A stretch of DNA of 47,974 nucleotides, taken from contig JBQDHL010000001.1 of the NCBI GenBank assembly GCA_052093725.1, forward strand, positions 9,911 to 57,884, in the 5' to 3' direction. The notes beneath the pieces were generated by a model that saw nothing but the letters and a program-made list of their open reading frames with translations, made no database searches and was not told the DNA's origin. This document shows, one piece after another, positions 41,263 to 47,974 of the stretch; the stretch's first letter is position 1; the number at the start of each line of letters is the position of its first letter. Origin of the DNA: Jeotgalicoccus sp. Lineage in GTDB: Bacteria; Bacillota; Bacilli; Staphylococcales; Salinicoccaceae. The position numbers and the translations under genes were made by a program.

Positions 41263-42441
41263 ATGTCGATAAGTTCTTATGCGCCTAAAATTTGGACTAA
41301 AGAATTTACAGCAATTTTTGCATTTCACTTTATTTTAATGGGTGCGATGTATTCAACATTAGTAACAGTTGGAAACTATGCTATTGAAAAATACGATGTC
41401 AATCCGAGCATTGCCGGATTTGTCGCAAGTATATTCATCGTCGGAGTACTGCTCGGACGCGGCGTCACAGGTTTTCAGATTAATTATCTCGGTGGACGGA
41501 AAATTATGTTCATCGGGACAATGCTTTATTTTTTAACTTATATTTTATATTTCTTTGATTTTGGCTTAACATTTTTAATTATCACGAGACTGCTTAACGG
41601 TTTCGCGACTGGGATTATCAGTACAGCGCTTAATACACTCGCTACGATCTCTGTACCGGAAGAACGCCGTGGTGAAGGTATCAGTTACTTCAGTTTAAGT
41701 ATGGTGGTTGCGAGTGCGGTCGGTCCGTTTATCGCGTTTCTGCTTCTCGAACAAATTTCATTTGAAACGATGTTAATTTATGTCGGTATTTTAATGCTGG
41801 TTGTCGTTCTAATGCTTCCGCTGATTAAAATTAACAATGTAACGAAGGAAACGGCAGTGAAGCCGAAAAAATTCGTGCTGATAGAGAAAAACTCACTCAA
41901 AATGCTTGTGCCCATCTTTCTTATGGGACTCGCATATTCAAGCGTGCTGTCATTTTTAAATACTTATGCAATAGAAATCAATGTCGTTACAGCGGCAAGC
42001 TTCTTCTTTATCGTCTATGCGGCGGCAGTACTGGCAACGCGGCCGTTTACAGGCCGGTTAATCGACCGGAAGGGTCCGAACATAGTGATTTATCCGACGT
42101 TTATATTGATGGCAATCGGATTTTTCTTACTCGGCAGCACATCGACAGGCATCGTTGTTTTAATTGCAGGCTTTCTTATCGGCCTCGGTTTCGGGAACTT
42201 CCAGTCGGCCGCGCAGATTATCTGCGTGAATATGGCATCGAAAGAAAATGTCGGACTCGCGACATCGACGTATTTTATTATTTTAGAAATTGGTCTCGGT
42301 TTCGGTCCTGTATTTTTAGGACTGCTCGTACCATTTGCCGGATACAGCGGAATGTATTTACTATTAATTGTACCGATACTCGCTGCAGGCTTCGTTTACT
42401 TCCTGATGGTTGGAAAACGCGGCACCGATTCATACAGCTAA
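41263..42441 (+). CDS. MFS transporter
   Basis: About 12 TM segments; PEERRGEG, GRLIDRKG motif A. Confidence 0.9.
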   Translation: MSISSYAPKIWTKEFTAIFAFHFILMGAMYSTLVTVGNYAIEKYDVNPSIAGFVASIFIVGVLLGRGVTGFQINYLGGRKIMFIGTMLYFLTYILYFFDFGLTFLIITRLLNGFATGIISTALNTLATISVPEERRGEGISYFSLSMVVASAVGPFIAFLLLEQISFETMLIYVGILMLVVVLMLPLIKINNVTKETAVKPKKFVLIEKNSLKMLVPIFLMGLAYSSVLSFLNTYAIEINVVTAASFFFIVYAAAVLATRPFTGRLIDRKGPNIVIYPTFILMAIGFFLLGSTSTGIVVLIAGFLIGLGFGNFQSAAQIICVNMASKENVGLATSTYFIILEIGLGFGPVFLGLLVPFAGYSGMYLLLIVPILAAGFVYFLMVGKRGTDSYS

Positions 42442-42449
42442 ACAGGTTG

Positions 42450-42475
42450 AAACGGTCGGCTTAGCTGGCCGTTTT
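42450..42475 (+). terminator. Intrinsic terminator after the MFS gene
   Basis: AAACGGTCGGC-TTA-GCTGGCCGTTTT. Confidence 0.6.
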
Positions 42476-42511
42476 ATGATATTATTGGGGTGTTAAGGGA
42501 GGCGTAACAGC

Positions 42512-43813
42512 GTGATGATGAGTGACTACAGCAGGAAACAATTACAAGAAGAAAAAGTCTTTAAAGATCCGGTCCACCGGTATGTTCATGTCCGCGATCA
42601 GGTCATCTGGGATCTGGTGAAAACGAAAGAATTTCAGCGGCTCCGCAGGATAAAACAGCTTGGAACTTTATATTTGGCATTTCACAGTGCGGAACATTCG
42701 CGCTTTAACCATTCGCTCGGTGTATATGAAATTGTCCGCCGGATGATTGAGAACTTTGAAGAGTATCCAGAATGGGACAACAACGACCGTTTGTTAGCCT
42801 TGTCAGCAGCATTGCTGCACGATCTTGGCCACGGGCCATTTTCTCATACATTTGAAGATATATTCCATACAGATCACGAGGAATATACGAAGAAAATCAT
42901 TTTGGAAGATACTGAAGTGAACGCAGTATTATCAAAAGTGTCACCGGATTTTCCGCGTGAAGTCGCGGAAGTCATTAACAAGACACATCCGAATAAACTG
43001 GTTATCAGTATGATTTCAAGTCAAATTGATGCAGACCGGATGGATTATCTGCAGCGGGATTCTTTTTATACCGGTGTCAGCTACGGTAACTTCGATATGG
43101 AACGCATACTCCGCGTGATGCGTCCGTCAAAAGATGAAGTGTTGATTAAAGAAAGCGGCATGCACGCAGTCGAAGATTATTTAATGAGCCGCTATCAGAT
43201 GTACTGGCAGGTCTATTTCCACCCGGTATCACGCGGTGGGGAAGTTATGCTGAATCTGGTAATGCAGAGGGCGAAAGCACTGTATAAATCCGATTATAGT
43301 TTTAAACAGCAGCCTACATACTTCATGCCATTTTTTAATGAGGATGTAACCGTCCATGATTATCTCAGGCTCGACGAAATGGTCGTGAATTTTTATCTGC
43401 AGGAATGGGTACATGAAGAAGACGAAATATTAAGCGACCTTGCCGGGCGTTTTGTAAATAGAGATTTGTTTAAGTATTTACCGTTTGATGGTTCGATTAT
43501 TACGATTATAGAACTGAACGAACTATACAAAAAAGCAGGCATAGATCCGGATTATTACGTCTTCAGCGACAGTTATTCAGATCTGCCGTATGATTATGAC
43601 AGACCGGGACAAAACAGAAACCGCAGACCGATTCATCTGGTGCGGCCGAACGGTGACATCAGAGAAATCAGTTCCCAGTCGGCAATTATTAATTCAATTA
43701 CCGGCATTCACCGTTTAGGTTCAAGATTGTATTATCCGAAAGAAAAAATATTGGCGATTAAAGATTTAAGTGTCAAAGCAGAAATTATCAATTTACTGAA
43801 TGAACTCGATTAG
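42512..43813 (+). CDS. HD-domain dNTP triphosphohydrolase-like protein (YwfO)
   Basis: KDPVH, FQRLRRIKQLG, HSRFNHS, LLHDLGHGPFSH, DADRMDY. Confidence 0.9.
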   Translation: MMMSDYSRKQLQEEKVFKDPVHRYVHVRDQVIWDLVKTKEFQRLRRIKQLGTLYLAFHSAEHSRFNHSLGVYEIVRRMIENFEEYPEWDNNDRLLALSAALLHDLGHGPFSHTFEDIFHTDHEEYTKKIILEDTEVNAVLSKVSPDFPREVAEVINKTHPNKLVISMISSQIDADRMDYLQRDSFYTGVSYGNFDMERILRVMRPSKDEVLIKESGMHAVEDYLMSRYQMYWQVYFHPVSRGGEVMLNLVMQRAKALYKSDYSFKQQPTYFMPFFNEDVTVHDYLRLDEMVVNFYLQEWVHEEDEILSDLAGRFVNRDLFKYLPFDGSIITIIELNELYKKAGIDPDYYVFSDSYSDLPYDYDRPGQNRNRRPIHLVRPNGDIREISSQSAIINSITGIHRLGSRLYYPKEKILAIKDLSVKAEIINLLNELD

Positions 43814-43824
43814 GAGGTATAAAA

Positions 43825-44346
43825 TTGTCTGAAGAACAACCGAAAAAGAAACCTGGATTCCAGTTTAATATTATTAAAAATGATCCGCTCGACGGTCACA
43901 GAGGACAAAACTTCGGCTCGATAAGCCTTGAGAATATCGCGCCTGTATATATTAATATCGAAACACAGGAAGCGAAACTAGATATCGGCGGGCTACATGG
44001 CAAAGCTGAAGTTGAAAAACGTGTTAAATGGATTAAAGATAAAGAAGAAGTGATGGGTCCGGATGCGAAGGAATATTTCCTTGTCTGGATTGCTGTGGAA
44101 CGTGCACAAGCCGGTCCGATATATAACGGAGTGGCGGCATGTTACCTAATGGTGAACAAAGAAAAACGCCGCGGTTATAAAATGATGCATGAGCACGTGA
44201 ACAGTTTAGACGACGCAATGAAAGGCCGCATTAAGCTCGACGCGCTCGATGAACGCTCAAAAGAAACGCTGAAACAGTTTATGATGAACCACAACGAAGA
44301 GATGTGGAATATTTCACAAGAAATGCAGGAAGCATTCAATAATTAG
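43825..44346 (+). CDS. YwhD family protein
   Basis: FNIIKNDPLDGH, RGYK, EHVN; follows ywfO. Confidence 0.85.
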   Translation: MSEEQPKKKPGFQFNIIKNDPLDGHRGQNFGSISLENIAPVYINIETQEAKLDIGGLHGKAEVEKRVKWIKDKEEVMGPDAKEYFLVWIAVERAQAGPIYNGVAACYLMVNKEKRRGYKMMHEHVNSLDDAMKGRIKLDALDERSKETLKQFMMNHNEEMWNISQEMQEAFNN

Positions 44347-44407
44347 CAATATAAAAAGTCCATTGTTAAAATGAATTTTAAACATAATATTTTAGGAGGA
44401 TTTAAAC

Positions 44408-45493
44408 ATGGCAAAATTTGTATTTCAATCTCCAAGCCGTTATGTTCAAGGTACGGGTGTAATTAATGATTTAGGCAAGGAAACAGCAAAAATTGGTAAA
44501 AACATCTTACTGATTGCAGATGAAATCGTCTGGGATATTGTCGGAAAATCAGTAGAAGAAAGTTTCAAGAATATAGATGTTAAATATAATCAAATACAGT
44601 TTTCAGGTGAAGCTTCGGACAAGGAAATCGAGCGTCTGACTGATGAAGGGAAGAATTTCGGCAGCGATGTTGTTATTGGTCTCGGAGGCGGTAAAACACT
44701 CGATACAGCAAAAGCAGTTGCGGATAAACTTAAAGCACCAACTGTAATAGTACCGACTACCGCATCTACGGACGCTCCAACAAGTGCATTATCTGTTATC
44801 TACACAGATGAAGGTGTCTTTGAGGGATATAAATTTTATGATAAAAATCCGGATCTCGTGTTGGTAGACAGTAAAATTGTTATCGGCGCACCGCCAAAAT
44901 TCTTTGCTTCAGGCATTGCAGATGCAATGGCGACATTAGTCGAAGCGAGTGCAACAGTCAGACGCAATGGCGATACGATGGCCGGCGGGAAACCGACTTT
45001 AGCATCACAGGCGATTGCTCAAAAAGCTGAAGAAACCTTATTCCTTTACGGTATTGAAGCTTATGAAGCGGCTAAAGACGGCATTGTTACTCCGGCAGTT
45101 GAAAAAGTAATAGAAGCGAATACGCTGCTGTCAGGTTTAGGCTTTGAAAATGGTGGACTTGCAGGCGCACATGCTATTCACAATGGTTTCACTGCATTAC
45201 ATGGTGCTATTCACAACTTAACTCATGGTGAGAAAGTGGCATACGGTACGCTTGTACAGTTAGTGCTGGAAGGTCGTCCAGGGAATGAAATAGCTGAGTA
45301 TGTAGATTTTTACGAGGCTCTGGAAATGCCGACAACATTAGCTGCAATGCACTTATCTGATACGTCTTTTGAAGATTTAGTTGAAGTTGGCAAACTGGCG
45401 ACGGGGGAAGGCGAAACATTGAAGAACCTGGATCCGGAAATTACGCCGGAACAAGTTGCTGAAGCAATATTAGCTGTAGATAAGTATAACTAA
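44408..45493 (+). CDS. gldA: Glycerol dehydrogenase
   Basis: SPSRYVQG, GGGKTLD, PTTASTDAP, GLAGAHAIHNG, HGEKVA. Confidence 0.9.
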   Translation: MAKFVFQSPSRYVQGTGVINDLGKETAKIGKNILLIADEIVWDIVGKSVEESFKNIDVKYNQIQFSGEASDKEIERLTDEGKNFGSDVVIGLGGGKTLDTAKAVADKLKAPTVIVPTTASTDAPTSALSVIYTDEGVFEGYKFYDKNPDLVLVDSKIVIGAPPKFFASGIADAMATLVEASATVRRNGDTMAGGKPTLASQAIAQKAEETLFLYGIEAYEAAKDGIVTPAVEKVIEANTLLSGLGFENGGLAGAHAIHNGFTALHGAIHNLTHGEKVAYGTLVQLVLEGRPGNEIAEYVDFYEALEMPTTLAAMHLSDTSFEDLVEVGKLATGEGETLKNLDPEITPEQVAEAILAVDKYN

Positions 45494-45536
45494 CAGTTTG
45501 AAAAATATGTCTTTTTTGTGTCTTTTGGATTAGACA

Positions 45537-45565
45537 TTGCACTATGGCCAATCTATGGATAAAAT
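45537..45565 (+). promoter_or_regulatory. sigmaA promoter of a candidate small RNA
   Basis: TTGCAC-17 bp-TAAAAT. Confidence 0.55.
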
Positions 45566-45570
45566 AAAGA

Positions 45571-45627
45571 GTAGTTATAGACATATAACTAGGACATAAA
45601 GGCGGGGCATATTGCCCTGCCTTTTTT
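45571..45627 (+). ncRNA. Candidate ~57-nt small RNA
   Basis: Promoter, hairpin TAGTTATA-GACA-TATAACTA, then a terminator; no ORF. Confidence 0.45.
45598..45627 (+). terminator. Intrinsic terminator (gldA and/or the candidate sRNA)
   Basis: AAAGGCGGGGCA-TAT-TGCCCTGCCTTTTTT. Confidence 0.85.
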
Positions 45628-45691
45628 AATTTATCATCAGACCAATGATGCTCCTGTTATGATATAATTTACGATACTGAAGGTGATAAAA

Positions 45692-46090
45692 ATGAGCGAA
45701 AATATAACACATGAATGCAACTTAACTCAACTGGTGTTCATGCACGGTGAAGAAACAAAATACGAACAGAAGCTCCAAGTATCCGAAGTGGAAAAAGGGG
45801 ATACTTATTTGCGCTATACAGAAGCGCTGGATGAGCATGAACTAAAAGTAACTGTGCGCCTCGGAGACAACTTCGTTAAACTAAAGCGCAGCGGTATTAT
45901 CAATATGAATTTTCATTTTGAAGAAGGTGCGACGACGGATACGTTTTACGACTCTCCGGCCGGCAGACACCACTTTGAAATAGTGACACATGAACTTAAA
46001 ACCGGAGACGGAATACTGAAGATTAAATATGATTTATTTGAAAGCGGCGCGCTGCTCGGAAAATATAAATACACGTTGGAGAGGATTTAA
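45692..46090 (+). CDS. DUF1934 (YwiB-like) protein (likely start 45692)
   Basis: YLRYTE, KLKRSG.INM.FHF, YDSPAG; directly upstream of argS; TG-A-TATAAT at 45660-45668. Confidence 0.8.
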   Translation: MSENITHECNLTQLVFMHGEETKYEQKLQVSEVEKGDTYLRYTEALDEHELKVTVRLGDNFVKLKRSGIINMNFHFEEGATTDTFYDSPAGRHHFEIVTHELKTGDGILKIKYDLFESGALLGKYKYTLERI

Positions 46091-46092
46091 TT

Positions 46093-47739
46093 ATGAACTT
46101 AAAACAGCAGTTAAAAGAAGCAATTGAAGCCGCGATTAAAAAAGCGGACATAGTGGAAGAAATTCCTGAAGTTAAAGTGGAAGTACCGAAAGACAAAAAT
46201 AACGGAGACTTCTCAACGAACGCAGCAATGACACTGACGAAGCTTGCACGTAAAAATCCTCGCGACATCGCACAGGCGATTATCGATAACATCGACAACG
46301 AAGAAGCAAGCATTCAGGAAGTCAGCATCGCTGGACCGGGTTTTATCAACTTTAAAATGAAGACAGCGGAACTCGCTAACGTGATTTACACTGTTCTTGA
46401 TAAGAAAGAAAACTACGGGCGCACAGAACTTGAGACTGCTGAAAAAGTACTGATTGAATTCGTGAGTGCAAATCCGACTGGTGATCTGCACATTGGGCAT
46501 GCGAGAAACGCATCTGTCGGTGCAACGCTGTCGAACATTCTGGACTTCGCGGGTTACAATGTGACGCGTGAATATTATATTAACGATGCCGGCAATCAGA
46601 TCAACAATCTTGCGAAATCGATTGAAGCACGTTTCTTTGAAGCGCTCGGCGAAGAGCTGAAGATGCCTGAGGACGGCTATAACGGTAAAGATATTAAAGT
46701 GATCGGCGAGAAACTGGCGTCGGAGCACCCTGAATATAAAGAACTTGAAGAAGCAGAACGTATTTCTAAATTCCGCGACCTTGGTGTTGAATACGAAATG
46801 CGTAAACTGAAAGCCGACCTTGCAGAATTCCGTATTAATTTCGACAGCTGGTTCAGTGAAACAGCGCTGTATGAAAGCGGCGAAATCGATGAAGCAATGA
46901 CGAAGATGAAAGATAACGGTTATGTATTTGAAGCGGACGATGCGACGTGGTTACGCACGACGGATTTTAAAGACGATAAAGACCGCGTACTCGTGAAAAG
47001 CGACGGTACGCTGACTTACTTAATGCCGGATATCGCATATCATTACGACAAAGTTGAACGCGGCTTCGATAAGCTGATTAACTTATTCGGTGCGGATCAC
47101 CACGGTTACATTAACCGTCTGAAAGCATCTTTAGGCGCTTTAGGTGAAAGTCCTGAAAAACTGGAAATCCAAATTATGCAGCTCGTTCGTTTAATTGAAA
47201 ACGGCGAAGAAGTGAAGATGAGTAAACGTACGGGCAAGGCAGTTACACTGCGCGATTTGATCGACATGATTGGTGTGGACGCAGCACGTTACTTCATGAT
47301 TATGCGTTCAACAGACACTCATTTCGACTTCGACTTAGACCTTGCGCGCAGTGAATCAAGCGATAACCCTGTGTATTATGCACAATATGCGCATGCGAGA
47401 ATCTGCAGTATTTTACGCCAGGCTAAAGAACAGGGCTTTGAAATCGACACGGAGAATCCGGTTGATATTATTGAAAACGAGCAGGCACTAGAGCTGCTTA
47501 AAAAAGTATTGGAATTCCCGAACATCGTTAAAGGTGCAGCGGAATCACGTGCAACACAGCGAATTCCTAACTACATCCACGATCTTGCAGCAAGCTTCCA
47601 CAAATTCTATAATGCGGAAAAAGTACTCGGTGAAGATGCCGATAAAACACGCGCTTATATGTTAATGATCGAAGCTGTGCGTCAGACACTGGAAAACGCA
47701 CTCCGTCTGATCGATGTATCAGCACCTGAGAAAATGTAA
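46093..47739 (+). CDS. argS: Arginine--tRNA ligase
   Basis: [12 protein letters not shown] (HIGH), [18 protein letters not shown]. Confidence 0.98.
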   Translation: MNLKQQLKEAIEAAIKKADIVEEIPEVKVEVPKDKNNGDFSTNAAMTLTKLARKNPRDIAQAIIDNIDNEEASIQEVSIAGPGFINFKMKTAELANVIYTVLDKKENYGRTELETAEKVLIEFVSANPTGDLHIGHARNASVGATLSNILDFAGYNVTREYYINDAGNQINNLAKSIEARFFEALGEELKMPEDGYNGKDIKVIGEKLASEHPEYKELEEAERISKFRDLGVEYEMRKLKADLAEFRINFDSWFSETALYESGEIDEAMTKMKDNGYVFEADDATWLRTTDFKDDKDRVLVKSDGTLTYLMPDIAYHYDKVERGFDKLINLFGADHHGYINRLKASLGALGESPEKLEIQIMQLVRLIENGEEVKMSKRTGKAVTLRDLIDMIGVDAARYFMIMRSTDTHFDFDLDLARSESSDNPVYYAQYAHARICSILRQAKEQGFEIDTENPVDIIENEQALELLKKVLEFPNIVKGAAESRATQRIPNYIHDLAASFHKFYNAEKVLGEDADKTRAYMLMIEAVRQTLENALRLIDVSAPEKM

Positions 47740-47751
47740 ATTAATAGGTTG

Positions 47752-47784
47752 AAGCCCGAACTGTGAAGTTCGGGCTTTTTTTTT
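47752..47784 (+). terminator. Intrinsic terminator of argS
   Basis: AAGCCCGAACT-GTGA-AGTTCGGGCTT followed by a T-tract. Confidence 0.9.
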
Positions 47785-47827
47785 ATTAGGTAATTACCCT
47801 GTATAAGGAGGCGGAACTTTAATATAA

Positions 47828-47974
47828 TGAAGGTGACGACGACACTTAAAGCCTGTTGGGCGTTGTCGTTGAAGGTAACGACGACACTTAAAGCCTGTTG
47901 GGCGTTGTCGTTGAAGGTGACGACGACACTTAAAGCCTGTTGGGCGTTGTCGTTGAAGGTGACGACGACACTTA
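47828..47974. repeat. Tandem array of 42-bp palindromic units (at least 3.5 copies, runs off the window)
   Basis: TGAAGGTGACGACGACACTTAAAGCCTGTTGGGCGTTGTCGT at 47828, 47870 (one G>A change), 47912 and 47954 (partial). Confidence 0.97.

Noticed and set aside
45494-46092. T-box leader for argS
   Set aside because: No T-box sequence (AAnnnGGGTGGnACCRCG) or long stem I was seen, and the spacer is too short.
47828-47974. CRISPR array
   Set aside because: Units are head-to-tail and essentially identical, with no spacers.

Overview
A core chromosomal segment from a low-GC Firmicute. Gene order and protein sequences point to Staphylococcaceae (Jeotgalicoccus/Salinicoccus-like; this is an inference). 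Positions 1-17.9 kb hold the conserved cluster rlmB-rae1-sigH-rpmG-secE-nusG-rplKAJL-ybxB-rpoBC-rpsLG-fusA-tuf with its ribosomal-protein leader RNAs, but without the usual L7Ae/ybxF gene. Positions 17.9-47.8 kb follow staphylococcal synteny: M20 amidohydrolases (three here), kbl-tdh, tadA, folE2-bshB2-yojF, pdxK, ung, chdC, pta-lipL, ywfO-ywhD and argS, interrupted by small accessory cassettes. The most notable signal is a NERD (PD-(D/E)xK) nuclease gene with a Zn ribbon, followed 8 nt later by five 41-bp palindromic tandem repeats. Degenerate solo copies of the same ATGA-N7-TCAT palindrome occur just behind two other terminators, and an unrelated 42-bp palindromic array of similar design starts behind the argS terminator at the window end. 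Other candidates are an unannotated sigmaB-type 40-aa cationic peptide gene, a ~57-nt sRNA, a hairpin that occludes the sigH RBS, a diverged DUF423 paralog, and a micro-ORF/hairpin where ybxF normally sits. No rRNA, tRNA, CRISPR-cas, integrase or transposase was recognised.
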